Shown here: positions 49,268-61,852 of the stretch, piece after piece
How positions within the stretch are numbered: the stretch's first letter is position 1
Layout of the letters: every line of letters begins with the position of its first letter
NCBI GenBank assembly: GCA_951406725.2
Contig: OX597814.1
Coordinates: 97,774,001 to 97,838,000 of the forward strand
Direction of reading: 5' to 3'
DNA: 64,000 nucleotides
DNA from: Octopus vulgaris
Lineage: Eukaryota
Translations under genes and position numbers: made by a program
The notes under the pieces: generated by a model
Database searches by the model: none
What the model was told of the DNA's origin: nothing
The model's input: only the letters and a program-made list of their open reading frames with translations

Positions 49268-51507
49268 CAACATCATCGTCGTCATTGTTTAAACATCTGC
49301 ATTCCATGCTGGCATGGGTTGGATGGTTTGACTGAGGAGGTTGCATCAGGCTCCAATATGAACTGGTAAGGTTTCTACAGCTTGATGCCCTTCCTAATGC
49401 CAACCACTTCAAGAGTGTAGTGGGTGCTTTTTATATGCCACCAGCATGGGGGCCAGTGAGGCAGCACTGGCATCAATAAGGCTCGAATGGTGCTTTTTAC
49501 ATGTCACCGGCACAGTGCCAGTCAGGTGACACTGACATCGGCCACAACTACAATTTCACTTCACTCAACAGGTCTTCTCAAGCACAGCATATTGCCCGAC
49601 AATTGAAGGGTACTTTTAAATGGGCCGGATATGTGACACTGGCATTGACCATGACTATGATCTCACTTGGATTGCTGGATCTTTTCAAGCACAACATATC
49701 TCCAAAGGTCTTGGTCGCTTATCATTGCCTCTGTGAGACCCAATATTTGAAGGTCGCGCTTCACCACCTCATCCCATATCTTCCTGGGTCTACCTCTTCC
49801 ACAGGTTCCCTCCACTGTTAGGGTGTAACACTTCTTAACACAGCTGTCCTCATCCATATGCAACACATGACCATACCAGCGTAGTAATTTCTCTTGCACA
49901 CCACTACTGATGCTTCTTATGTCTAACTTTTCTCTCAGGGTGTTTACACTCTGTCATGTATGCACACTGACATTACACATCCAGCAGATCATACTAGCTT
50001 CACTTCTTTCAAGCCTATGCATGTCCTCAGCAGTCACGGTCCATGTTTCAATGCCGTGTAGCATGGCTGTTTGCATACATGCATCATACAGTGTCATTTT
50101 CACTCTGAGCGAGAGACCCTTTGTTGCCAGCAGACGTAGGAACACTCTGAACTTTGCCCAAGTTATTCTTATTCTAGCAGCTATGCTCTTAGAGCATCCA
50201 CCCCATCTACTAACTTGGTCACCTAGGTAATGGAAGCTATCAACTACTTCTAGTTTTTCTCCCTGGAATGTGATGGAATCTGTTTTCTGTACATCTACAG
50301 TGTTTATTTCCCCTGTGCATCCACCACACACAAAAACTATCTTCCTAGTTAACCTTTCTTCGAGATTGCCGCATCTTTTATGTGTTCATAGCTTACACAT
50401 CTTATAGGTACATCTTATGGAGTTTCTACCTACACCTTTTCTACAGATCGATTAGGGCCATCTACCTGAAGGGATTTGTGATTTGTTTGCCTACTTACTT
50501 ACTAAGACTTTGGTTTTTGCTAGATTGACTCTAAGGCCCTTCAATTCTAGACCTTGCCTCCACACCTGAAACTTCTTTTCTAGTTCTGGTAGTGACTCAG
50601 CTATTAGAGCAAGATCATTAGCATAGAGAAGCTCCCAGGGGTATCCTGTCTTGAATTCTTCTGTTATTGCTTGGAGGACTATGATGAATATGAGGAAACT
50701 AAGGACAGATCCTTGGTGAACCTCTACTTCTACTTGGAATTCTTCACTATACTCATTGCTAACTCTCACCTTACTGACAGCATTCCTGTACATGGTTTGT
50801 ACAACTCTCACTAAACACTCATCTATGCCTAGTTTTCACATTGACCACCAGATAAGGGATCGGAGGACCCTGTCAAAGGCTTTCTCCAAGTCAACAAAAG
50901 CCAAGTACAGAGGTTTATCTTTGGCTAGGAATTTCTCCTGCAGCTGTCTTACCAGAAATACAGTATCAGTGGTGCTTCTCCCTGGCACAAACCCAAACTG
51001 CGTCTCATCTAAACTGACTCTCTTCCTAATTAGTTGGGCTATGAACCTCTCCGTGACTTTCATTACCTGATCCAACAATTTGTAATTATTCCTGTCTAAT
51101 GCATCACCTTTACCTTTGTAGCAGTTGACTATGGTGCTGCTACACTAGTCATTGGATATGACTCCATGTATCACCTGGTTGCCTATATGGGCGACTAGAC
51201 TATAGCCTACACCACCAGATATTTTAAACATCTCAGCAGTGATTCCTGATGGGCCAGGGGCTTTCCCTATCTTCATACCCTTAATTGCTTTGTCTACCAA
51301 GGTACTGTCAATTTGAATAACTGGACCCTCTGTTGGGTTGGCATTTGGTAAAGTCTCTTTCTCCCATTCATTCTCTTCATTTAGCAACCTTTCATAGTGG
51401 CCTCTCCAAGTCTCTCTCTTTGCAGAATCATTAAATGCAAGTGAGTCATCATTTATGCAGACACATTTCTCTCCTATGACATCATGATTCTCTCACACAC
51501 ACTGTCT
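49268..51507 (-). mobile_element. 5'-truncated RTE-clade LINE, antisense in a CEP89 intron
   Basis: GKAPGPSG, QFGFVPGRST, AFVDLEKAFDRV, VHQGSVLS, LLYAND, FHYLGD, LRWYGHV and GRGRPRK, then 3' UTR and (GAT)n-type tail; multiple stops. Confidence 0.93.
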
Positions 51508-51597
51508 TGCAATATGAAACACACATGCACGCACTCATACACACACACACACACACACATAATATCAGGCAGACAAATGTAAAATTTGAAAGTACAT

Positions 51598-52087
51598 TTA
51601 ACCCTTTAGCATTTAAACTGGCCATATCTGTCCCAAATGTTCTACATGCTTTATGTTCAGACTGGCCAGATCCAACCTCTCACACTTACCTTTCAATGTC
51701 ATTTTCTAAAAATAAACAATTGCATCATCAAAATCACAAAGCTACAAGATAATGCATAATTAATTCAAAACAATATGAATAAATATTTCGTTTTTGGATT
51801 TGGTTTGCCAGATTCTTTATATGAGTTCGTGTGTTGAAGCATATTTTGTTGTGTGAGAGTCATTTTCTTTTTGTGCCTTATAATGTAACACACTCACCGG
51901 TAAAATTTCCACTTATTTTTATTTTCCTAAAATTTTCGTTGCGTCTTGCAAAGAAATAAATGGAAATTTTACCAGTGAGTGTGTTACATTATAAGGCACA
52001 AAAAGAAAATGACTCTCCCCAGACACAACAGAATATGAATAAATAAGCATTAAATTTGATAGGATAATCTGAATGCTCAAAGCTTAA
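51598..52087 (+). mobile_element. piggyBac-type MITE with a nested 246-bp fold-back insertion
   Basis: TTAA-CCCTTTAG start; insertion 51786-52031 flanked by the 14-bp repeat AATATGAATAAATA. Confidence 0.8.
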
Positions 52088-52151
52088 AAAATTAATAATA
52101 ATAAAAAAGATATGCTAATTGTGATATATTCTTTCTAATCTTTTTTGCAAG

Positions 52152-52369
52152 TCTCATGTATCAACTGCTGTTATTCCAAAAGTGGCCCTTGTTGCTGTAC
52201 CAAATGCTTTGAGTCCCACATGTGCTCAGGATGATAAAGGAGCCCCTCTCATGGGTGCACTGATGAATACTTCTAATATTGGAAGAATGTTTGGATCGCC
52301 AGTTCCATCCCATAACCTTGACAATGAGCACGACAGCATTATGGATTATACATTAATGACAGATGCTGG
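52152..52369 (+). CDS. CEP89: CEP89 coding exon (218 nt, phase 0-2)
   Basis: ttttttgcaAG/GTAAGA; SHVSTAVIPKVALVAVP...APLMGALMNTSNIGR resembles the vertebrate CEP89 N-terminus as recalled. Confidence 0.8.
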
Positions 52370-52500
52370 GTAAGAGGAATATTGATCTTGTTAAATGTTT
52401 CTTTACCTTTATAATTTCTATAGTTGTAGTGAAAAAAAAAATAAATGACCCTGTTAATTTTCATTTAATTTGGGCTTGTGTTCTTTGTTCTTTCAATGCC

Positions 52501-52727
52501 TTAACCCTTTAGTGTTCAGATTATTCAATCAAACATAATGCCTATTGATTCCCATTGATTTGAATTAATCATGCATTATCTCATATCTTCAAGATCTTGA
52601 TGGTGTAATTACCTAATGTAGAATAACATTGTAGGGTAGGTGTGAGAGCCTGGATCTGGTCAGTTTGAACATAAAACAGATTAACTATTTTGGCCGGATA
52701 TGGCCGGTTTAAATACTAAAGGGTTAA
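52501..52727 (-). mobile_element. Complete piggyBac-type MITE
   Basis: TTAA-CCCTTTAGT...ACTAAAGGG-TTAA; opposite orientation to neighbouring copies. Confidence 0.9.
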
Positions 52728-52745
52728 TGTCTGAGATGATTTAGT

Positions 52746-52985
52746 TTAACCCTTTAGAATACAGGTAGAATATTTGGGCCAGATATGGCCCAAATATTCT
52801 ACCTGTATTTTATGTTCAAACCATCCAGCCCTGGCCTTTAATACCTACCCTACAATGTCATTCTAAAAATAAAATAATCACATCATCGAAATCTTGAAAC
52901 TATGAGACAATGCAAGGATAATTTAAAACAATGTGAAAAACTAAGAATTAATTTTGATAGGGTAATCTAAATGCTGATGGATTGA
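52746..52985 (+). mobile_element. piggyBac-type MITE with an internal 24-bp perfect hairpin
   Basis: TTAA-CCCTTTAG start; family body; degenerate right end. Confidence 0.8.
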
Positions 52986-53245
52986 AAATAAAAGTTCCCA
53001 CTTCAAACTCAGTCTGGTTTTTACTGTACATCCTGAAATAAAATGCATGTTGACAACTGGAGATGAAACTTATCCAGCAGCTGTAGTTGTAAATGTTAGA
53101 CACAGGTTAATAGTTTAAAAATTTAGTCTTCTTTGCTCTTGTTGTTTATACAATTCACAAACAGCAATAAAAGGATTAAATTTGATATTCATCAACTGCC
53201 TCTCAAAAAAATCTAAGCTGAAATTTGCTTGTTTAGTTCTTCAGC

Positions 53246-56085
53246 ATTTAATGCTCGCAGTTTATGCAACAAAATACATTTGTTCAACGCCTACGTCAGA
53301 AGTGTTGACCCTGACTTCATCACTGTCACGGAAACATGGGCGCATTCCTTACTCTGTGATGGGGTTTTCAACATCACGGGGTACAACCTCTTCCGTAAGG
53401 ACCGCACTAACCGCCGTGGTGGTGGTGTGATGGTCTACGTTCGTTCAAATTTTTTGGTAATTCCTTGTGCCGATTTGAACGAATCACAAGAAGAAGTTTT
53501 TTTCTGTGACGTACGTATGACCATGTCAACACTCCTGCTTGGCGTTGTTTATCGTCCCCCAAATTACCATCAGGACACACAGCTTTGCAACATCCTCCGA
53601 GCTGCAGCCAGGAAAACAGCCACTTATGTGTTTATTGCAGGCGATTTCAATCATCCTGAGATCGATTGGGAAACCTTCCGTTGGCCACAGAGTGCAAACG
53701 ATTTTGTTGAGCTTGTGCTGGACTCAAACTGGTCACAAGTAGTCACCTCTCCAACAAGAGGCGACAACACCTTGGACCTGCTCTTCACCACAACTCCTGA
53801 AGCGGTTATCAATTGCACTACGGAGGAACCTCTAGGTGACTCTGATCATGCTATGATCATCGCCAATCTGGCTCTTGCGGGCAACAAACACCTGAACCAT
53901 CTCCAATCTGCTTCCTTCGATTGGAAGAGAGCAGATTGGAACCTGTACCACACTGAACTACAGCACCCAAACTGGCGTGAATTCTACAACTCTGGAGATG
54001 TGAATACTATACTCCAGAGTATCCTGGACTCAATATGGGCAGCATGTGCAGCATCAGTGCCACGTAAACAAAAAAAGAAGAACCGCCCCAAAAGGGCAAT
54101 TTGGGAAACTTCAGCGGTCTGACTTGCCAGGAAGGAACGTCGGACTGCTGAACAGGAATACAAGTTGCATAAATCAGACACCAACAGGAAGAAGCGGAAT
54201 AAATCCTCCAACCATCTCAAGCAAGTGACAAAAAATGCAGTGCTTGAATTTGAACAGTGCATAGCAGCCAATCCTGACAGCAAGGTTTTCTGGAAATATG
54301 TGCATTCAAAGCAGAGACCTCACTCTCCAGTGGGCCCTCTTCGCAACCCTCACACGAACCAGATCACTGACGACCCCAAGGAATGCGCAGAACTCATTGC
54401 CGAGTGCTATGCAAACATATTCACTGTCGAAAGTCAAAATGTACCATCTTCACCATCACTAACAGCAAACTCCATAACAACTATGGAATTTACACCTGCA
54501 ATGCTGCGACGTCACCTTCAAAATAAGCGCAACTATGCCTCCCCTGGTCTAGATGGAGTTACATACCTGCTTCTCAAACGTGGCAGGCACTTCCTTTTAC
54601 ACCAGCTTTCTATTTTCTTCCAGTACTGTCTCAACAATGGTGCTACTCCGGAGCAGTGGAAAACTGCCAGTGTCATTCCTCTGTTCAAAAAGGGTGACCG
54701 CACATCACCTGTCAACTATCGCCCAGTCAGTCTCACTAGCTGTATTGCAAAACTGATGGAATCGTGTGTCAGAGAAACACTCTGGAACTTCTGGAGCTCT
54801 CACAGTCTCATCTGACCCTCACAATATGGATTTGTCCCTAACTCCAGCTGCAGTGACCAGCTTGTCGAGTTCCTTGAGGACATTACTCAGATCACTGACA
54901 GTGGCTCATGGGTGGATGTTGTCTACCTTGGCTTTGCTAAGGCTTTCAACTCTGTGCCACACAAAAGGCTTATGGTGAAACTCTCTGCAATGGGTGTGGG
55001 AGATGACCTTTTTAACTGGTTGAAATCCTTCATCCTCAGCCGAAAGGAGGTAGTCACAGTTCTAGGACAGCACTCTACACCATATGAGATGTCATCGGGT
55101 GTACCACAGGGATCTGTCCTTGGTCCCCTCCTGTTTGTGGCATACATTAATGACATAGATGCCAATTTAAAGAATGCCACAGTATTGAAATATGCAGACG
55201 ACATCAAGCTGTACCTTGAAATCAAGAGGACTGATCCTGATGTCTACAACTCTTTCCTGCAATCAGACCTAGACACAATGCAGCAATGGATCACAGACTG
55301 GCAACTGAAACTGGCTGTGGACAAGTGTACCACCATGCATTTTGGGAGAAAAAACCCTGCGTCCACATACTCCCTCCACAACACTGATATCAAGAAATCC
55401 TCTTGCGAGCGTGACCTAGGCATCACTGTCAGCAGTGATTTGCGTTGGACAAAGCATATCTCTAAAATTGTCGAGAAGGCCGAGGGTGTCTTGGCATCAC
55501 TCAGCAAGACTTTTGTTAGCCGCTCTCCAGCCATCTATTTAAAACTGTATACAGCTATGGTACGACCACACTTGGAATTCGCATCATCAGTTTGGAATCC
55601 CTATCTTGCTCAGAACATTGACCTCCTGGAATCTGTCCAGAGACGTGCAACCAAACGCATACCCTCCATCAGACACCTACCATATTCTGAGCGCCTTGTT
55701 TCCCTGGGCATGGATTCACTGAAGCTCCGGCGTCTGGCGACGGACTTGGTAAACACCCACAAGGTTATCAACCACCTCACCAACAACAACACTGAACACC
55801 TTTTTGATCTCCATGTGTCTAACACACGTGGACATGCCTACAAAGTCAGAAAACAGTACAGCTCCCATGACTTTCGGAAACATTTTTTCACGCTCAGGGC
55901 TGCTGAAGCGTGGAATAAACTGCCTGCATCAGTTGTTGACTGCCATGACACTGCATCCTTTAAGGCCCTCATGCTTCCTGAAATCCGTCGAAACTACACC
56001 TGATTATATATACACTTTAGATGAGTTGTAGTGCACCTGAGCACTGTACACAATTATTATTATTATTATTATTATTATTATTTAA
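53246..56085 (+). mobile_element. Near-intact CR1-type LINE ORF2 (APE + RT), sense in a CEP89 intron
   Basis: NARSL, VTETW, GGGV, VYRPP, GDFN, SDH, NYRPVSL, GVPQGSVLGP and YADD in one frame to 56003 with two TGA (54120, 54813); 3' stem-loop and (ATT)n tail; ATTTAA at both ends; splits a piggyBac-type MITE that resumes at 56080-56292. Confidence 0.95.
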
Positions 56086-58367
56086 ACTGGCTATGTCTGG
56101 CCTAAATGTTCTACCTGTTTATCTTCAAACTGATCAGATCCAGTCTCTCACGCCAACCCTGCAATGTCATTCTAAAAGTAAATATTCATAACTTCAAAAT
56201 CTCAAAGCTAGAAGATAGTTCAGAATTAACTTTAAAGAATGTGGATAAATAAGCATTGCATCTGACAAAGTAATCCGAATGCTAAAGAGATAATACAGGT
56301 GATTCTAGAGTATTTGTTATTTAATTTTTTCTTCATGACTTTGGAAGTAGTTTCTATTATATATGACTTGGAATGCAATTGTATAGTTAGTTCTAAGTTA
56401 TTGATGTCGTTTAGCATCAAGTTAGCCATGACTGAGCAGGCCTATCATCAAAAGCATTTCAGCTGTGGTCATCTCAGGTATAATTTGAGGGAGATTTAGT
56501 TTCTATTTCTAGCAACCATATAGGGAATCCCTCATTAGCTTACTTAGCTTACTTGACCATAAATATTTGCTGCAGGTGGGATATAATAGACCACTGTCAG
56601 CATTTGTTCCATTTTACTTCTGGTAAAAGATAACTGGACATAAGCATTGACTCTTGTAATAAATGGCTGTTTGGCATATAATGTCATTTGTTTTATAAAA
56701 CTATTTTTGATTTCCAGCACACTTTGTTTCAGAATGATGCTTGATTTTGGTCAGGCTGTTCTTGACTGAACATAGCAATCTGTGTTCTCTTGTGAAGTGA
56801 AGATTTTCCTAAGTGCTTTGAAATTACTTTCTAAGACAGGAACAATGAAACCTTATGAACTCTTATAAATATCAATGAGTGTGATTTTAAGGGAATAATT
56901 ATTTATATGCACAAATATGCCATGACATAAAATTTATAAAAAATTATGCCAAAAAGACAAATTTTGCCGTCAAATCAATTTTAGCTACTCCAAAAATAAC
57001 AATCAGAACTATAGATGAAGACCAGGACTTGTTTAATTAATATTTTTTAATTATTATTTGGAGACAATAAAGGACAGTGACTGTTTTTAAATGTGTCACT
57101 CAAGAAGACAGTGGAATGAAGACAATTTTGAATTTTATCCAATAATATATTTCTTTCTCTAACCTATCACAATCAGCAACTTCCTTTTTTTATAAATAAC
57201 TATTTTTTTTTATCAATAAGTCTTTCTTTTCCATTCTGCGTCTTGCTCTATTTGCCTTACATTTTTCTGTTTTGCTTTCTTTCATTACTGTCGTTTTATA
57301 TGGGTTCTTTAATTTGACAAACATAACCTTTGGGAATTGAGTCTTTTATTGATTTCTTCCTGCAAGTAGGCACAAACTTCAATGTTGTTTATATGCAGTG
57401 GTATTCACTTGGCCATGTACTTGAATTAAATGATTATTTTTTGACTCTTATCTCTTCTCAAAAACACTCATTGGCCCTATTTATCCATGTAATTCGATTG
57501 TCTAATATAAGTAGTAGAACATGAATTCTTTTGAGGCCCGAAAGTGCAGCCCTCTGGAATATATTTGGATTTTGCATAAAAGTATGTTTTTGATAATTAC
57601 ACCAGATATTAATTATTCTAATGTTATTCAGTTTTTGTAAAAATGTCTTGATATATAAAAGCAAATGTATGAATGTCCCAAGTGATAGGCCACAATTTTA
57701 CACCCAAGTAATTGAAATTCTGCATAAGGATACATCATTCCACAAAGAAGGTCTTAGGCTTTGTAAGTTTTCTGAAATGTACACCTTACAACAACAACAA
57801 CAGGCATAGCCCTAAACACTGTAACAGATATTGGTAAAAAATTACTGATTAGAAAAATAATCAATTTAGTATAATTATTTTAATTAATATAGAACTTTAA
57901 AGAAATCTTGTTATAGTTTAGGTTCTTTATCTGTTTGTTATTCTTATTGCTTGTTTATTTTTATGAAGCTCAACTTGAACACTCTTCTGAAATGCTTGGA
58001 TACAGCAATTTGAATGAATTAACATTCCTAGGCCAAGTGAGAACTTCCAGCATGTTTATAAAACAATTTATCCAAAATATAGTGAATTTGTATGATTATA
58101 TATATTTTAGGTAATAAAACTAGTGACTGTATTTAGATATGGTCAGATACAGCTGCTTGCATATACATACATACATACATAAAAAATTTACATTTACATT
58201 TCTTACTTTAATATTCATAATTACATTTTATGCTTATATTTGATAAAATATTCTTTAATGCATCATCATTAGATTACATTAAAATTAAATGCAGTCCCTG
58301 CTTCTAGTTTAGTGGTTGTAGTTTGTGCTTCTTGATTCATGGCTAATTCATATTTTGTTTGGTAACA

Positions 58368-58532
58368 GGCGCAGGAGTGGCTGTGTGGTAAGAAGCTTGT
58401 TTACCAACCACATGGTTCTGGGTTCAGTCCCACTGCGTGGCACCTTGGGCAAGTGTCTTCTACTATAGCCTCGGGCTGACCAAAGCCATGTGAGTGGATT
58501 TGGTAGACGGAAACTGAAAGAAGCCCGTCGTA

Positions 58533-58600
<68 letters not shown>

Positions 58601-58826
58601 CGTGTGTGTTTGTGCATCTGTGTTTGTCCCCCTAGCATTGATTGACAACCGATGCTGGTGTGTTTATGTCCCCGTCACTTAGCGGTTCAGCAAAAGAGAC
58701 CGATAGAATAAGTACTGGGCTTACAAAGAATATGTCCCGGGGTCGAGTTGCTCGATTAAAGGCAGTGCTCCAGCATGGCCGCAGTCAAATGACCGAAACA
58801 AGTAAAAGAGTAAAAGAGTAAAGAGT
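58368..58826 (+). mobile_element. Full-length tRNA SINE, family A
   Basis: tRNA head, CORE-like ccttgggcaagt, internal (TA)n, tail (AGTAAAAG)n. Confidence 0.92.
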
Positions 58827-59838
58827 ATATTAAGACAAAACATTGAATATTTTTTTCTACTTTGTTCTACTTAGTTTTAAATCAACAAGCAAGAGTTAAA
58901 TAACATGAAAACACACACTTAAACTGTTTTTTTTTTTTTCTAATTAAGAACTTAAAGGACGATGAAAGAAATTGGCAATAATTTATGTGCCTTTTCATTA
59001 CGAGTAAAAGTGATGTAGTTTATGTTCAAACCGAACATCTGTAGCTGGATGTCTGCAGAAAATGTAAAGATTGTTTAGTGTGGAATCTGGGGAATGAGAA
59101 CACAAGTAGTGAAGATGAGAGAAGGGTATGATGAGTGGGCTTGGGTAGAGGTGGTATGCAGTTAGTTCATAGGAGCAGCAGATTCCACTGAAGTGGCAAG
59201 AGGAGGTAGAGAAAAGAAACAGTGCATGAATGAACCTTATGAATAGAGTGTGTTGGTGAACAGCTACCAGTCAATTAAACAGCTTTTTGGATACAGTCTT
59301 CGATGTTCATGTGTGTAACAGCAGCTCCAACATAGACATGTAAAGTAAGTGGCACTCTAATCTAGGTCCCACAAGAACCTTTTAGAGAATCAACAACTGA
59401 TTAAGGCTGAAGTATTTCCTGAAGAAACCTGATACTGATATGCAGTTTAACAATATAGTATATTTGATATCACTGTGAGAGATCATCAGATATTGTGAAC
59501 TTTAGTATTTGTTTATAATATTTTTGTAGAATTGGGGTGGTTTAAGACTGTTTCTTTGAAAATTGTAGCAGTTGTGCTTTTTGTGTGTTGAATGTATTGG
59601 AAATTGATAAAAGAAAACTCTGTCTAAATTATTTTGCTATTTAACTGGCTTTTGAAATTTTTCTTTTGCTGATATTAATTTCATCTTAAAACTAAAACTA
59701 ATTTTTTAAAGAATTAAACTTGTTCTATATATAAGCTCTTGTCCTTCTGTATCTCTCTTTTGTTCCTACCTTCAAATCTTTCCCTTTCTCTGATGTGAAT
59801 ACTGCAGTTTATTTAGATTTTTGTCATTTTACCCATAG

Positions 59839-59992
59839 TTATTTAAACATACCGTTTGAAAAAATCAGTGCTGATCTTAGAGATGGAGAATCATCCGGGA
59901 GTATAGATATGTTGGAATCAAAACAGGATTCCGAAAATTGGAAATTTATTCAGATCTCTGATCAACAAGCCTCTAAAGAACAGATATTTCAG
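59839..59992 (+). CDS. CEP89: CEP89 coding exon (154 nt, phase 2-0)
   Basis: ttttacccatAG/GTAAAT; YLNIPFEK...EQIFQ open and phase-consistent. Confidence 0.8.
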
Positions 59993-60392
59993 GTAAATAT
60001 AAATTATTTCCATTTTGCTTATTCAAATTTCACATTTTCATAATCTCTTTCCTCCTCCTCCTCCTCCTCTTCCTTGGTGGCAGCTGTGCTAGTGGTGGCA
60101 GCAGCATCATTGTCAGTGTAGTGATGATGATGTTGATCATGGTTTATTTGGATTCCTTGCTAGAAAAGTGTTCCAGGATGTTTTGTCTGTGTTTTCCTTT
60201 ATATGTAGTTATTTGTCATCCTGAATTATGGAAGGTGTCCTATATTGCTATAACTGATTCACCACTGTCATCATCATCATGTGTATATGTGTGTGGAAAT
60301 AATATAACATAACAATATGAGTTATAATCTAAATTTTTCTTCTGGATCAAATGTTCTGTTGTGAGTAATGTATATATTTTTTCTTCTTTAAG

Positions 60393-60464
60393 GAATATCA
60401 GAAAGCAAATGAAGAAACCTTACCAGTAAGAGATCATATAGCTGATTCATCATTTATGCAAAAT
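60393..60464 (+). CDS. CEP89: CEP89 coding exon (72 nt, phase 0-0)
   Basis: ttttcttctttaAG/GTGAGT; EYQKANEETLPVRDHIADSSFMQN. Confidence 0.8.
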
Positions 60465-61273
60465 GTGAGTTACTGAAACATCATCTATCTAACAACTAGC
60501 ATTCTGTCGGTTATGACAATGAGAGTTCCAGTTGATCCGATTAACGGAACAGCTTGCTTTTGAAATTAATGTGCAAGTGGCTGAACACTCCACAGACACG
60601 CACACACTTAATGTAGTTCTCGGGGAGATTCAGTGTGACACTGAATGTAATAAGGCTGGTCCTTTGAATTACAGGTACTACTCATTTTTGCCAACTGACT
60701 GGATTGGAGCAACATACATGCCGCCAAGAATTGAATTCATGACTGTGAGCTGTACACCCTAACTACTAAGCCACACACCTTCACACCTTATCTATATTAT
60801 CCTGATTCACATAGCATTTGTATGTAATCCTTAAAAGTAATCATAAAGTGAAAAAGTTAGACGTCATTGATTGGTTGAAATTGCCAAAATATAAGAAATT
60901 TAACAACAAATAGTTTACAAACTGCAGAATTTTCTCAAGAACGCCAAGAGAAAATGATGTTTTATGTGACACATTCTACCAGTATACGAAGTTTAAAAGT
61001 GTTTGGTTACAAAAAATTATTTTTTAAATCTGCTGGTCAAAGTGAAAAGATCCAAAAAGTTTCCCTTTGTAAATAACTGAAAATGTTTTCTAAGGCAAAA
61101 CTGAATGAGTTATCTTTGGCAAAATGGAGAACATTGCTTCTTTTGAATACATCACATTTCCAGTTACCGGCTGCACCTTTCTTTTGTGATTCTTTCAAAT
61201 CTTTTCCTGTTTGGTTTCTATTTTCTTCTCTATTATTATTGACATTTCTTTCAAACTCTTCTTTTTTCTCTAG

Positions 61274-61373
61274 GAATTAAGGAACAATGGTAGATTTATC
61301 AAAACAACAGATGTGACAGATTCTCATAATGAGGAAGTACAAAAGCAAATACAAGCTTTACAGAACAGTCATG
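61274..61373 (+). CDS. CEP89: CEP89 coding exon (100 nt, phase 0-1)
   Basis: cttttttctctAG/GTAAGA; ELRNNGRF...VQKQIQALQNSH. Confidence 0.85.
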
Positions 61374-61628
61374 GTAAGATATGGTTCTCAGTGATAATAG
61401 TAATACTTTGAAAACATATATTTGGCTCTGCCTGTTGTTACTCAATGGAATATTTTCGTGAATCAAATCTTATTACTAAACTTGGGTGTGTGATTTAGAA
61501 GTTTGCTTTGCAATTCTGTTGTTTTGGGTTCGGTGCCACTGCAAGATACCTTCGGTAAGTGTTTTCTATTATAGCTCTGAGACAATAAATGCCTGTGAAG
61601 GAATTTGGTAAGCAGAAACTGTAGAAGT

Positions 61629-61852
61629 GAGCTGGCAGAAATGTTAGCACGCCGGGTGAAATGCTTAGCGGTATTTCGTCTGCCGCTACATTCTGAGTTA
61701 AATTCCGCCGAGGCCGACTTTGCCTTTCATCCTTTCAGGGTCGATTAAATAAGTACCAGTTACGCTCTGAGGTCGATATAATCGTCTTAATCCCTTTGTC
61801 TGTCTTTGTTTGACCCTGCTATGTTTAGTCCCTTGTGGGCAATAAAGAAATA
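61629..61852 (+). mobile_element. Young Nin-domain-like SINE (family B) nested in an old family A SINE (about 61484-62110)
   Basis: 15-bp flanking repeat AGAAACTGTAGAAGT at 61614-61628 and 61853-61867. Confidence 0.88.

Noticed and set aside
53182-53245. KSKLKFAC as the native start of CR1 ORF2
   Set aside because: It is out of frame with NARSL, and 53233-53249 matches the MITE start that resumes after the tail, so it is more likely flank.
32028-54815. Programmed UGA readthrough or an alternative genetic code
   Set aside because: The TGAs fall where Arg (CGA) is plausible and come with many other CpG transitions, so decay explains them.
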